This document shows, in pieces, positions 45,897 to 55,663 of a stretch of DNA of 64,000 nt (position 1 is the stretch's first letter; every line of letters starts with the position of its first letter). The stretch covers positions 4,892-68,891 of the forward strand of contig CAZVFU010000005.1 of NCBI GenBank assembly GCA_964626595.1, in the 5' to 3' direction. This DNA comes from an uncultured Saprospiraceae bacterium. GTDB lineage: Bacteria > Bacteroidota > Bacteroidia > Chitinophagales > Saprospiraceae. Both the position numbers and the translations under genes were made by a program. The notes under the pieces are model-generated. The model was not told where the DNA came from, made no database searches, and saw only the letters and a list, made by a program, of their open reading frames with translations.

Positions 45897-46472
45897 CTAA
45901 GTATTATTCGGCCCCTTAATTTTCCTGAATGCACGATAAACCTGATGGGTGGGTAGACCCACAATATTGGTATAGGAACCTTCTATTTTTCGCACCTTAC
46001 AATGACCAATCCACTCCTGAATGGCATAGCTTCCAGCCTTATCATAGGGTTGATAGTTATCGACGTAGAATTCCGCTTCTTTTTGAGAAATAGTGTCCAT
46101 AAAAACATTCGAGACCACTTTTTGTGCAATTTCCTGCTGTTGATATTGGAGGTGAAATCCCGTGTGGACCTGATGATTTTTACCACTTAAAGCTAATATC
46201 ATGTTTATGGCTTCTGATCGATTTTTGGGTTTTCCTAAAATTTTAGAATTTAGAATAACCACGCTATCGGCAGCTAAGATACAGGCTGACTTGCCCCACT
46301 GATCTCTTGCTGCAGCACCCTTTTTTTGTGCGAGATAAAGTGCCACTTTGTGTGCAGATATGTTGGATGGGACGCTTTCGTCAATATCGGTGGGATTTAC
46401 TTCAAATTTTAAGCCCAGTTCTGCAAGGAGTTGCTTTCTCCGAGGACTCCCAGAAGCTAAAATAATTTCCAT
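45897..46472 (-). CDS. maf: Maf-like nucleoside triphosphate pyrophosphatase
   Basis: 191 aa. It has ILASGSPRRKQLL at the N-terminus and DKAGSYAIQE near the C-terminus. Confidence 0.9.
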   Translation of the reverse strand: MEIILASGSPRRKQLLAELGLKFEVNPTDIDESVPSNISAHKVALYLAQKKGAAARDQWGKSACILAADSVVILNSKILGKPKNRSEAINMILALSGKNHQVHTGFHLQYQQQEIAQKVVSNVFMDTISQKEAEFYVDNYQPYDKAGSYAIQEWIGHCKVRKIEGSYTNIVGLPTHQVYRAFRKIKGPNNT

Positions 46473-46481
46473 AGTCTGTCT

Positions 46482-47399
46482 TTAGAAAAGTAAGATATAA
46501 AGTAAACCCAGAACTATAAGAATTTTTATCCATTGGTTAATTCGGTAGTAGTCTGATTTAATTTTAGCCCGCCATAATAATATGATAATGATGGTCAGAG
46601 TTCCTATCAAGCAAAAAGAAAAGTAAATAAAATTAAAAGCGCTAACCTGTGTATATATTAAACTTCCCCAGAAAAGAAATCCAAAGAAGAGAATGGTAGC
46701 AAACATAATGGCGTAGAGCCGGGCTCGCTGAGGACCAATAACAGCAGGAAGGGTAACGGCTCCAGCATGAATATCTCCTTTTACAGACTCGATATCTTTT
46801 ACGTATTCTCTAAGAATATTCACTCCAAAACAGAAGAAAGAAAAGCTCCAAATGAGTTTATGCTGTAAGGAGTAAAAGATCTCAACCTGAAGAATGTTTT
46901 TCCATTCCGGGACTAGAAGAACAATGGGGACAGATGCTACAAAAAGAGAGACCATAGTATTTCCGGTAAACGGGAGTCGTTTAAACCATTTGGAGTAGGC
47001 CCAAAGGAAAAATACAATAAATGGATAGGATACAAAAAGACTTAATCTTCCGAGTTCGTAACTCAGGTACCCAGATAAAAGGGCGCCAATCAGTACGATA
47101 ATGACGTATATTCTGTAAGTATCTTCTATGCTAATCCACTTTCCTACAATTTGGCTCGCGGGTTTATTGATCTGGTCGACTTGAACATCATACAAATCGT
47201 TTACTGCATTTCCACCTGCGGCAATAGCAATGGTGCACAATACAAATAGGATAAACTCAAAGGTGCTCAGGTATGGGCTAAAATTATTTTGAAGTATGAC
47301 GGGCTTCAGTAAGGAATACCATACAAGCGATTGGGTGAAGGCTATAAGAAGCAGGTTGGGGAATCTAACTAGGCGCCATATGATATCAAATCCCGCCAT
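46482..47399 (-). CDS. UbiA-family prenyltransferase (DGGGP-synthase-like subgroup)
   Basis: 305 aa, polytopic. The first Asp-rich motif is NAVNDLYDVQVD and the second region is KDIESVKGDIHAGAVTLP. Confidence 0.8.
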   Translation of the reverse strand: MAGFDIIWRLVRFPNLLLIAFTQSLVWYSLLKPVILQNNFSPYLSTFEFILFVLCTIAIAAGGNAVNDLYDVQVDQINKPASQIVGKWISIEDTYRIYVIIVLIGALLSGYLSYELGRLSLFVSYPFIVFFLWAYSKWFKRLPFTGNTMVSLFVASVPIVLLVPEWKNILQVEIFYSLQHKLIWSFSFFCFGVNILREYVKDIESVKGDIHAGAVTLPAVIGPQRARLYAIMFATILFFGFLFWGSLIYTQVSAFNFIYFSFCLIGTLTIIIILLWRAKIKSDYYRINQWIKILIVLGLLYILLF

Positions 47400-47402
47400 C
47401 TT

Positions 47403-47909
47403 TTAGTACTTCCAGTTTGATTGAATTTTTAGTACTTTCTCAATAATCTCACGAACACATCCTTCCCCGCCTTTCGTGGAAGCAATATAATGAGCACAGG
47501 TCTTGATCTCCGGAACAGCATCAGAAGGGCAGCATGCTAATCCGACGGCCTTCATAGCATGGATGTCTGGCAAATCGTCACCCATGTAAAGTAAATCCTT
47601 AGGATCGAGTCCATCAGATTCTACGAGTTGATTAAAAACGGAGAGTTTATCGTCTATACCTGTATAGATGCTGGAAACGCCTAAGCTAGACAACCTTTTG
47701 CGAACACCGTTAGAGCTACCTCCGGTGATTACGGATATTCCATACCCCTGTCTGAGAGCCACTTTAACGGCATAGCCGTCTCTAGTTGTCATAGAACGGA
47801 GTAAGTTCCCATCTTCAGTGAGTAAGACCTGACTATTCGTAAAAACGCCGTCAACATCAAAAATGAAGTGTTTAACCTCCTGAAAGCGACGAAGGAATTC
47901 TTCAGACAT
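47403..47909 (-). CDS. kdsC: 3-deoxy-D-manno-octulosonate 8-phosphate phosphatase (HAD-IIIA, KdsC family)
   Basis: 168 aa. It contains FIFDVDGVFTN, RDGYAVKVAL, VITGGSS and MGDDLPD. Confidence 0.85.
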   Translation of the reverse strand: MSEEFLRRFQEVKHFIFDVDGVFTNSQVLLTEDGNLLRSMTTRDGYAVKVALRQGYGISVITGGSSNGVRKRLSSLGVSSIYTGIDDKLSVFNQLVESDGLDPKDLLYMGDDLPDIHAMKAVGLACCPSDAVPEIKTCAHYIASTKGGEGCVREIIEKVLKIQSNWKY

Positions 47910-48051
47910 ATATGTAAATTTATTACGTTCAAATGTACAAAAATCTCACTTAGAATGGTTTATATTCATGCCTTGTTCCTAAAAGTTAAAAGCCGAGGGC
48001 TGGGTAGCCAAGGTGGATTATTACTTGAAGATCACTGCATTATAAGTATAT

Positions 48052-50670
48052 ATGGAAAATCAAATGTCATCGGAGTCTAAGGAGAGGGAAGCGAAAAAAT
48101 TCAAGTTTGAGGGCATTCGGACGTATTCGTCCACCGAATGGTTGATGGACAATCGGAAAAAGTATCGTCAGGTATTCGATAAAAGAGAGATCTCATTTAT
48201 CTACGTAGAATTAGCTTTAGAAAACTTGGAGTATGGAGTTCAGTTTTGGGATGCTCAAGTTGATTTAGTTTGCTATTGGAAGCGCGGAGGGCGCGAGATA
48301 GAGTTTTGCAAATTGAATCCGGAAGTTAAAGTGGCTCCGGATGATCGTCAAGTTTTTATTCGGGAGGGATGGGGCAACCATAGTAAGTCCATTTGGAAAA
48401 AGGGTGTATATTTTTGGAAAGCCACCGTTAATGGCAAAGAAGTCGGGCGAAAGTATTTTTTCATTGAGGATAGTGGAGATGGTGGTGAGTTAGATCGATC
48501 TTCCTTTGTTGATATTGGGTCTATAAAATTATATGAGGGCCCTTTTGATGATATCGCTCAGGAGGACAGAACTTATTTGAGGCAGTTTGCAGCTGACAAG
48601 ACAAGGTATTTATATGCAGAAATTCAGTTAGATAATATTCACGATAGTAAAATCTGGCATTGCGAATTATTTGTCAAAATTTTTACAGCCTCACGTGAAT
48701 TAAAAGGGGAAGTAATTCGGTTGAAAAAAGTAAGAGAGTATGACGAAACCATAGAATTTGTAGTGGGATGGGGAAGTCGTGACCCCGGAACCTGGCGAAA
48801 AGGCTTGTATACCTTAGAATTGGTTTTTATGGATGAAGTGCTTGCTGTTGTTCCTTTTGAGGTGGGGGAAAGTCATCTCAAAGGCTATAATCGCATTTAT
48901 ACTTCAGATGGTGAAATACCGATTGCATTTGAAGCTGAGGAAGATGATTTAGATAGTCTGGAGGACGTGCTTCTGCGCTTGGATAAAATGGTGGGACTAG
49001 ATGATATTAAAAATCAAGTAAAGGAACACGCACATTATTTACAATTTTTGAAATTGAGATCTGATAGAGGGTTCTCGGATAGCCAAAGCATTTCTCTGCA
49101 CAGCGCATTTTTAGGTAAACCCGGTACTGGAAAAACAACTGTTGCTCAGATGATGGGCAAAATTTATAAGAAAATGGGCTTTTTAAGCCGTGGCCATGTG
49201 GTCGAAGTAGATCGTGCTGACTTGGTTGGTGAGTATATTGGGCAAACAGCCCCCAAGGTGAAAGAGGCTCTAGAGAGTGCAGAAGGAGGTGTTCTTTTTA
49301 TCGATGAAGCGTATTCATTAGCTCGAGAAAATGATGATAGTAAAGACTTTGGCAGAGAAGTGATTGAGATTCTGGTCAAGGCGATGACACAACCCGATTC
49401 TGATTTTGCAGTCATTGTGGCGGGATATCCCAGAGAAATGGAGTACTTTTTATCTTCGAACCCTGGATTTCGTTCCCGCTTCAGACAGATGTTCTTTTTT
49501 CCGGATTATCTGCCTCAGGAACTCAATCAAATTGCGGTTCAACTAGCGGCTAAAAGAGAAGTGGAGTTTACTGATGATGCAGAAGCATACTTGCAAAAAC
49601 TCATATTGCGCGCGTTTCGCAGCCGGGATTACTCTTTTGGAAATGCACGATTCGTTGATCAGCTCATTGAAAAATCCAAAGTTCAATTGGGATTGCGAGT
49701 GATGACCTCTGAAAGCGTTCAAGCCCTTGACAATGAATCGCTGTCAACAATTACATTGAAGGATGTTCAGAAAATAAATGTTCAAGCCTCGAAACCCATA
49801 GCAGACATTCCGGTCGATGAAGAACTTCTGACTGAATCTCTTAAGGAGCTAGATCACCTGGTGGGACTAGAGGAGGTGAAAACGGAGATTAGGGATATGG
49901 TTCGGGTTGTGCGTCATTATGATAAGGTGGGCTTATCGGTACTCAGTCGCTTTCATCTTCATACCGTCCTGGTAGGTAATCCAGGAACGGGAAAAAATAC
50001 GGTCGCTCGGATACTTGCAAAAATTTACCGAGGGCTGGGAATATTGGAGCGTGGTCATTTGGTTGAAACGGATCGCCATGGATTGGTTGCAGGTTATGTT
50101 GGCCAGTCTGCTATCAAAACGAATGAGAAAATTGAGAAGGCCCAGGGTGGTGTTCTTTTTATTGATGAGGCCTATGGCTTAAGTAGTTCGGCGGGAATGG
50201 GTGCTGACTTTGGCAATGAGGTCATTGAAACCCTTCTTAAGCGCATGGAGGATCTTCGAGGTCAGTTTTTCGTATTTGTAGCGGGTTATCCAGATAAAAT
50301 GAAACGCTTTTTGGAAGTGAATCCAGGTTTGCGCTCTCGATTTGACAAGACCTTGGTTTTTTCTGACTATACGCCGGACGAACTTATGGAGATATCGGCA
50401 CGCTTACTTGTGGAAGAGGAAGTTCAATGGGATGGCAAAACAAAAGACCAATTGATGGCTTACTACACTAAATCTTATAAACAGCGCGATTCGTTTTCCG
50501 GAAATGCTCGAATGGTCAGGAGTTTAATTCGAGAAGCACTAAAATTTCGGGCGGTTCGAATATCAAAAAATGAAGAACCTGTGGAAGAGAAATTATTATG
50601 GGAGGATATTTTGTTAGGTATTCGAACGCTGGATGCATTTAATTTTGGAGGTTCAAAGATTGGGTTTTAG
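48052..50670 (+). CDS. Tandem CbbX/SpoVK-type AAA+ ATPase with a duplicated N-terminal domain of unknown function
   Basis: 872 aa. Module 1 has [12 protein letters not shown]...[12 protein letters not shown]...NPGFRSRF. Module 2 has [12 protein letters not shown]...[12 protein letters not shown]...NPGLRSRF. Residues 17-280 approximately form two mutually similar units of about 125 aa ([17 protein letters not shown] versus [17 protein letters not shown]). Confidence 0.85.
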   Translation: MENQMSSESKEREAKKFKFEGIRTYSSTEWLMDNRKKYRQVFDKREISFIYVELALENLEYGVQFWDAQVDLVCYWKRGGREIEFCKLNPEVKVAPDDRQVFIREGWGNHSKSIWKKGVYFWKATVNGKEVGRKYFFIEDSGDGGELDRSSFVDIGSIKLYEGPFDDIAQEDRTYLRQFAADKTRYLYAEIQLDNIHDSKIWHCELFVKIFTASRELKGEVIRLKKVREYDETIEFVVGWGSRDPGTWRKGLYTLELVFMDEVLAVVPFEVGESHLKGYNRIYTSDGEIPIAFEAEEDDLDSLEDVLLRLDKMVGLDDIKNQVKEHAHYLQFLKLRSDRGFSDSQSISLHSAFLGKPGTGKTTVAQMMGKIYKKMGFLSRGHVVEVDRADLVGEYIGQTAPKVKEALESAEGGVLFIDEAYSLARENDDSKDFGREVIEILVKAMTQPDSDFAVIVAGYPREMEYFLSSNPGFRSRFRQMFFFPDYLPQELNQIAVQLAAKREVEFTDDAEAYLQKLILRAFRSRDYSFGNARFVDQLIEKSKVQLGLRVMTSESVQALDNESLSTITLKDVQKINVQASKPIADIPVDEELLTESLKELDHLVGLEEVKTEIRDMVRVVRHYDKVGLSVLSRFHLHTVLVGNPGTGKNTVARILAKIYRGLGILERGHLVETDRHGLVAGYVGQSAIKTNEKIEKAQGGVLFIDEAYGLSSSAGMGADFGNEVIETLLKRMEDLRGQFFVFVAGYPDKMKRFLEVNPGLRSRFDKTLVFSDYTPDELMEISARLLVEEEVQWDGKTKDQLMAYYTKSYKQRDSFSGNARMVRSLIREALKFRAVRISKNEEPVEEKLLWEDILLGIRTLDAFNFGGSKIGF

Positions 50671-50801
50671 TTTGAAAATTTATGGTTTCTCGCCTCCTGA
50701 GTGCAGAAATTTTTTCTAAAGATTATAATTCGCCTTGACGGTATGGGTTGTGATTTACGAGTTTTTTTATAGGCTTTACAGAATATAAGTTAAAAACATC
50801 A

Positions 50802-51581
50802 TCAAACCGCGTGTATAAACTCCCAGGGTTTAGTCCATGACTTTGATGTATAATTGACTTTTTGAGATTCCCCTTCAAATTTTCGCCACATGATCTGAAG
50901 ATGGTCTGTTTTTAGGATAAGGCTGCATTTATTTTCTATATAGTCTAAAATTGGGCTATCTATTGCGAAGGGGTTTGGGATTATTATTGTAGCCTCTTCG
51001 TTCGCGATTTTAAGTAATTGGTCTATAGTTGAGCTATTCAACTCTTTTTTGTCATATATACAAATACAATCATATTTCGGCCTACCGGGCTTGCTCATAA
51101 GAACATCCAGGGAAGGATATTGATTTAGTGCATGATGCTCTGAATAATATTTTTTTTGAATGATTTGGCTTTGGAGTGGGTGAGGGTCTATGAGTGTGGA
51201 GCTGTCAGCACCCGCCATGTGGCAATATAATCCCAACCATCCTCCATCAGATCCATATTCTAGAAAATGCGACCCTTTGGTAAAAATAAAGTGTCGAAAA
51301 ATGTGCTCGTGGATGATACTTTTTAAGGGGGGGGTAAAACTTCTTTCTTTCTTCTTCTTAAAGGAATTTTCCTTATTAAAGGTGGCCTTTCTTTTGTCTA
51401 ATACAATAAATGGATAATACTGCCTGTTTTTATCCAACACAAATTCTACATATTCAAATACAAAAGGCGAATGGATGGAATAAATTGATTTCGCATTCCA
51501 CCAGTGCTTCATTTGATTTAAAAAGGGATCTATTTTGAACATATTCTCATATCGCTTATTCGCAGAAAAACGGTTTTTCAC
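50802..51581 (-). CDS. Hypothetical protein, possibly a class I SAM-dependent methyltransferase-like fold
   Basis: HSPFVFEYVEFV at the N-terminus and FLEYGSDGGWLGLY (motif-I-like) resemble a Bacteroidota methyltransferase-like family as I recall it. The start is ambiguous (51581, 51542 or 51512). Confidence 0.45.
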   Translation of the reverse strand: MKNRFSANKRYENMFKIDPFLNQMKHWWNAKSIYSIHSPFVFEYVEFVLDKNRQYYPFIVLDKRKATFNKENSFKKKKERSFTPPLKSIIHEHIFRHFIFTKGSHFLEYGSDGGWLGLYCHMAGADSSTLIDPHPLQSQIIQKKYYSEHHALNQYPSLDVLMSKPGRPKYDCICIYDKKELNSSTIDQLLKIANEEATIIIPNPFAIDSPILDYIENKCSLILKTDHLQIMWRKFEGESQKVNYTSKSWTKPWEFIHAV

Positions 51582-52089
51582 TTTGACTCTCCTATTGTCT
51601 CTGATTTGTACATTTCTAGTCAGTAAAGTCTATAGCCAAAAATACAATTTATCGACCGGGATTCGCCTTGGAACAGAAATTGGCATGACCTCAGTCTTCC
51701 GGGTTTCAAAAACGAACAGTGTGGAAGGTGTTTTGCAGTACTCCAATTTATACCACGCTACCAGGTTTGGTTTGAATTATAGAAAACATCATGGATTTCT
51801 CGGAAGGCGATTTAATCTATTCCTGGGAGGAGGTCCCGGATACAGTTGGTATCATACCCACGAAATAAATGAAATGGGAACTTCTGCACTTCATGCGAAT
51901 GTTGTGGTGGGTATAGAAGGTGTGCTGGGCCGCACCCATATCTCATGGGATTACCGGCCGACCTATTCTTTTGGAGGCCCAAGAGTATTTTATAGTGAAA
52001 CTGCCTTATCTTTGAGATATGTAATATTTAAAAGAAAATGGAGACCATTCAAAAAATTACGAAATATCAAACCCTTTTGGAAAAAGTAA
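51535..52089 (+). CDS. Small outer-membrane beta-barrel protein, related in pattern to the 26152-26688 product
   Basis: It has a signal-like LTLLLSLICTFLVSKVYSQ. GIRLGTEIG and VEGVLQY parallel IGLRLGWG and LEGIVSY in the other protein. The TTG start is uncertain, and the basic C-terminal tail overlaps the next ORF. Confidence 0.5.
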   Translation: MNIFSYRLFAEKRFFTLTLLLSLICTFLVSKVYSQKYNLSTGIRLGTEIGMTSVFRVSKTNSVEGVLQYSNLYHATRFGLNYRKHHGFLGRRFNLFLGGGPGYSWYHTHEINEMGTSALHANVVVGIEGVLGRTHISWDYRPTYSFGGPRVFYSETALSLRYVIFKRKWRPFKKLRNIKPFWKK

Positions 52090-54938
52090 GAATCCTTTTA
52101 TGTATATCCATTCTTATAGGTATATACTGTGTTCATGCTCAATCCCAATCCTTCTCCAGACAGTACATTGATGAGTTGAGGCGCGGAAGTGGAGGAGTTG
52201 CTGTAGCAGTAACTGATGTCAATTTAGATGGGCTGGAAGATATCGTTAGGTTCAATAATGCGAGAGAATTACAAATATTGCTGCAGCTTCCAGATGGCGA
52301 ATTTGAAATGCACGAATCGTTTGCCCCATTGGTTTTCAGGCAATGGAATATTTTGGGTCTCCCGTTGAATGAGGATCGATGGCTGGATTGGATTAGCGCT
52401 GGAAATGATTCAGGAGTTAATTATTGGATTTCAGACTCGATTGGAGGATATGAATATTTACTGGACAATCGATACAAATTTTTTGCTCAAGGTTCGAATG
52501 CGATTGATTTTGATGAATCGGGAAGCCTGGATATTTTCATGTGCAGTGACTTGAGCGAAAATTACACCCTTAAAAATGAAGATGGAATTCCTTTTGACAG
52601 GGAAAGAGTCTTGCCTCCCAGCCATCCAGACAGTTTTTTTCGTTCTGGAAATTATGGTAGTGTTTGGGAAGACATCAATGAAGATGGGAAGCCGGATCTG
52701 TACATCTCCAAATGCTCTATTTTTGCGAATCATCCTTCAGACCCCCGGAGAATCAATCAATTTTATATTTCTCAGCCTGATGGCTCCTATATTGAAGTTG
52801 CTCAGGAATGGAACATCGCTGATTCTGCTCAATCCTGGGCGTCCGCTTTTGCAGATGTAGACAATGATGGGTTAATGGATTTGCTGGTTATTAATCACGA
52901 TGAGCCTGCCGCATTATATATGAACCAGGGAGATGAGTTTCAAAAATCTCAGGCTTTCGAAGAACTCAACTTGCAATTTAATAGTGTTCAGGTTTTAGCT
53001 CGGGATTTTGATTGTGATGGGCATGTGGATTTCTTGATAACAGGAGAAAGAGCGACTATCCTTTTAAATGATCAAGAGGGCGGATTTTCTGAGCATGCAG
53101 ACCTTTTGGGACGGTACCAAAATTCCATTAGCTCAGCTCAAATAGGCGATTTTAATCAGGATGGATATTTGGATATTTTTTCAACTCGGCACGGTCTGTA
53201 TAACAATCCACAGGATCGGGATGATATTTTGTTATTAAATCCATTCTCCTCTACAAAAAATAATTTTATACGATTCCAAATTGTAGATTCCAGCTATTTT
53301 AAAATGAGTGGAACTCAGGTAGAAGTGCGACTGTATTCTGACCTAGGTATGCAACGGCGGACATTACGCGTGGGTGAATCCTATGGTGTTTGTGGATCTA
53401 ATATTCTTCATTTTGGAATAGGGGAGGATTCGGCTGTGGATTCGGTAGTCTTTACATGGCCGGGAGGGAAAAAGGAAAGCTATATTCCGCCTCAGGTTAA
53501 TACTCTATTTTTATACACAGCAGGAGTAGGGATGCGTGCAGAACGTGAACTTGAATTTGCAAATTCGTGCTTTTCAGTTGGCGATACTACTCGAATACTG
53601 GGTATAGATCCAAGATCAGATGATCTAAGATTATATTATAATGAGAATGAATGGAACTATGGAGAAAATCAAGGGGTATCTGAAGAGGGACGGTATTTTT
53701 GGATTGATCGGGATAGTTCAGGTGCCTGGTTTCGAGCCAGCCCTCTTTATTTATCAGCTGACATTGACATTGATTCGCGTCTAAATTTTTCCGGCGAGCT
53801 TGAGGTGTGCGGTCGAGATGCTTTATTTTTAGAACCCTTAAACTCCGAGCATTTCCTATTTTGGAACACAGGAGAGATGAACTCTACCTTGATGGTAGAA
53901 GAGCCTGGATTATTCCAGGCCATCTTTTCACACTGTGGAGACACCGTATTATCGGAATGGGTGGATGTGGACTATCGGCCTGATATAACTATACGAGCCA
54001 TTAACGATACAGTCGGCATTGGGACACGGGCTATGCTCCGGGCTGTTGGTTCTGATATAAACTGGTACGAGTTCGAGGATAGTGAGGTGCCACTTCAAAG
54101 GGGAAGCGGGCTTTTTATCATATCCCAGCTGGACAGGGACACGGTTCTTTTTGCGGAAAGTCAAATGCAGTTTGAGCGCATGGATCTGAATGTAGGACCG
54201 CTCATCTCGGAGGAAAATTCAGCATTGCCAAATCCATGGTTTAACGCACAAATTGAATTTACAGCGCTTTCTGATTGTCGATTAAAAGAAATAACGGTTC
54301 GCGCAGTGGAGGCCGGTCGGCGTGAGTTCATTTTACGTAATTTGGATGGTCAGGTCATAGAGCGTTCTGGCTTTTCTTTGGATAGTCATACCATACATAA
54401 AATTGATTTAGGATGGAATCTGAACGGAGGGACCTCCTATGTTTTAACTACTGATGGCGCCATTAATTTTAGTGAATTTGATTTTTCAGGACCTCAATTG
54501 TATCAAGTAGACCAGGATTCCTTTGATTATCCGTATACAGATGGTGAGTATATTTCGATAACAGGTACAAACGGCGGTATTGATGAATTTTATTATTACT
54601 CCAACTGGGTCATAGAGGTTCCACCCGATACTTGTGCAAGTGAGCGAGTTCCGGTGCGAGGAATCATCGATTCCTCTCTGAGTGGATCAAGTCGAGCAGG
54701 GCATTCAGCATTAGAGGTTTTTCCAAATCCAGCCGCTGATTTTGTAATGGTTAAGGTTAGTGGTATAGAGAATGGTCTTCTGCAGTTTCGATCCGCTGAC
54801 GGTCGCAAGGTATTTGAGGGAGTTATGAATAGGGGGGCTCATCGGATCCCATGCCATAGCTGGCCAGCCGGAATGTATATTGCGCATTTCGAACAGGGAA
54901 ATACTTCAGCACAGAAATTGGTCTTTATTGTTCGTTAA
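52038..54938 (+). CDS. Secreted FG-GAP/VCBS repeat plus UnbV/ASPIC-like protein with a T9SS C-terminal sorting domain
   Basis: It has repeated Dx[DN]xDGxxD loops (DVNLDGLEDIV, DINEDGKPDLYI, DVDNDGLMDLLV, DFDCDGHVDFLI, DFNQDGYLDIF). An ASPIC-like block follows (VEVRLYSDLGMQRRTLRVGESYGVCGSNILHFGIG). The C-terminus is LEVFPNPAADFVMVKV...YIAHF...QKLVFIV. The start is uncertain (ATG 52038 or TTG 52077). Confidence 0.8.
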   Translation: METIQKITKYQTLLEKVRILLCISILIGIYCVHAQSQSFSRQYIDELRRGSGGVAVAVTDVNLDGLEDIVRFNNARELQILLQLPDGEFEMHESFAPLVFRQWNILGLPLNEDRWLDWISAGNDSGVNYWISDSIGGYEYLLDNRYKFFAQGSNAIDFDESGSLDIFMCSDLSENYTLKNEDGIPFDRERVLPPSHPDSFFRSGNYGSVWEDINEDGKPDLYISKCSIFANHPSDPRRINQFYISQPDGSYIEVAQEWNIADSAQSWASAFADVDNDGLMDLLVINHDEPAALYMNQGDEFQKSQAFEELNLQFNSVQVLARDFDCDGHVDFLITGERATILLNDQEGGFSEHADLLGRYQNSISSAQIGDFNQDGYLDIFSTRHGLYNNPQDRDDILLLNPFSSTKNNFIRFQIVDSSYFKMSGTQVEVRLYSDLGMQRRTLRVGESYGVCGSNILHFGIGEDSAVDSVVFTWPGGKKESYIPPQVNTLFLYTAGVGMRAERELEFANSCFSVGDTTRILGIDPRSDDLRLYYNENEWNYGENQGVSEEGRYFWIDRDSSGAWFRASPLYLSADIDIDSRLNFSGELEVCGRDALFLEPLNSEHFLFWNTGEMNSTLMVEEPGLFQAIFSHCGDTVLSEWVDVDYRPDITIRAINDTVGIGTRAMLRAVGSDINWYEFEDSEVPLQRGSGLFIISQLDRDTVLFAESQMQFERMDLNVGPLISEENSALPNPWFNAQIEFTALSDCRLKEITVRAVEAGRREFILRNLDGQVIERSGFSLDSHTIHKIDLGWNLNGGTSYVLTTDGAINFSEFDFSGPQLYQVDQDSFDYPYTDGEYISITGTNGGIDEFYYYSNWVIEVPPDTCASERVPVRGIIDSSLSGSSRAGHSALEVFPNPAADFVMVKVSGIENGLLQFRSADGRKVFEGVMNRGAHRIPCHSWPAGMYIAHFEQGNTSAQKLVFIVR

Positions 54939-55104
54939 ATATCAGCTCAATTGCTTTGAGTTATTATGAGGCATTTTGGGTATTATTAATGCATATCGAT
55001 ATGCGAAAGCAGCTTCGCATGTGTGACGATTGCGAATCAATCTATAAGGATCGATGCTATTTCTGATCATGATATTTCCTGCTTAGATTTCATTAGAAAC
55101 ATTT

Positions 55105-55295
55105 CCGTGAGCGATGCGAAGTAGTGCCGCCCAAAAGGCGGCAGATCCGCAGTTGGGCCGTGTAGCGTTGGCCGGGAGCCGAGTGAAGCCCCGGAATCCC
55201 GAGGATCGCTGCAATCGATCTCGTGGATGGAGGGGGTATCTGAACGAGCTACGTAGCGTAGCGACGCGAGGAGCGAAGCCCGAGCGGCACGGCCA
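55105..55295 (-). repeat. GC-rich hairpin-dense intergenic element, copy D (minus orientation)
   Basis: The reverse complement starts TGGCCGTGCCGCTCGGGCTTCGCT. It contains hairpins GCTACG cta CGTAGC and TGCCGCC tttt GGGCGGCA, and it ends CTACTTCGCATCGCTCACGG. It lies 32 nt downstream of the tRNA-His 3' end on the same strand. Confidence 0.55.
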
Positions 55296-55327
55296 GAAAA
55301 TAAAAATGAAAAAGTGGGATAATCAAG

Positions 55328-55402
55328 GGTGGCTAGTCGGAATTGAACCGACGACCTCTAGAACCACAATCTAGCGCTCTAACCGACTGAGCTATAGCCA
55401 CC
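55328..55402 (-). tRNA. tRNA-His (anticodon GTG)
   Basis: I folded the cloverleaf by hand. The acceptor stem is GTGGCTA/TAGCCAC with the His-specific extra G-1 paired to C73. The D arm is GCTC/GAGC, the anticodon stem is CTAGA/TCTAG with loop TTGTGGT, and the T arm is GTCGG TTCAATT CCGAC. CCA is not encoded. Confidence 0.95.
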
Positions 55403-55419
55403 ATGATAAGGTAAAAATG

Positions 55420-55507
55420 CGGAGGAGGAGGGATTCGAACCCCCGGTGCCCGTGAAGGCACGTCGGTTTTCAAGACCGGTGCATTAAACCAGCTCTGCCA
55501 CTCCTCC
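55420..55507 (-). tRNA. tRNA-Ser (anticodon TGA), class II with a long variable arm
   Basis: The acceptor stem is GGAGGAG/CTCCTCC and the anticodon loop is CTTGAAA. The variable arm is GTGCC...GGCAC and the T arm is GGGGG TTCGAAT CCCTC. It is 88 nt long and CCA is not encoded. Confidence 0.93.
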
Positions 55508-55517
55508 GATTGGATGG

Positions 55518-55525
55518 CAAAGATA
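55518..55525 (-). promoter_or_regulatory. Candidate -7 promoter box (TAnnTTTG) for the tRNA-Ser/tRNA-His transcript
   Basis: TATCTTTG on the minus strand ends 10 nt before the tRNA-Ser 5' end. Confidence 0.35.
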
Positions 55526-55663
55526 CATTAAAAATATATTCGTACAAGAAATTATATTATTTTTTGCGAGACCAACCTTTCGGACCCTAATATCCGTATA
55601 TGATAATAATAGGAGTGTTGGGAAAATACGCTTATATTGTGTATTCTCAAGTACGCACAGAGC

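Noticed and set aside
51512-51581. An apparent head-to-head overlap of the divergent genes at 50802-51581 (-) and 51535-52089 (+).
   Set aside because: It is most likely an artefact of start-codon choice. Using Met24 (51512) for the minus gene removes the overlap, so I do not treat it as a real overlapping-gene arrangement.
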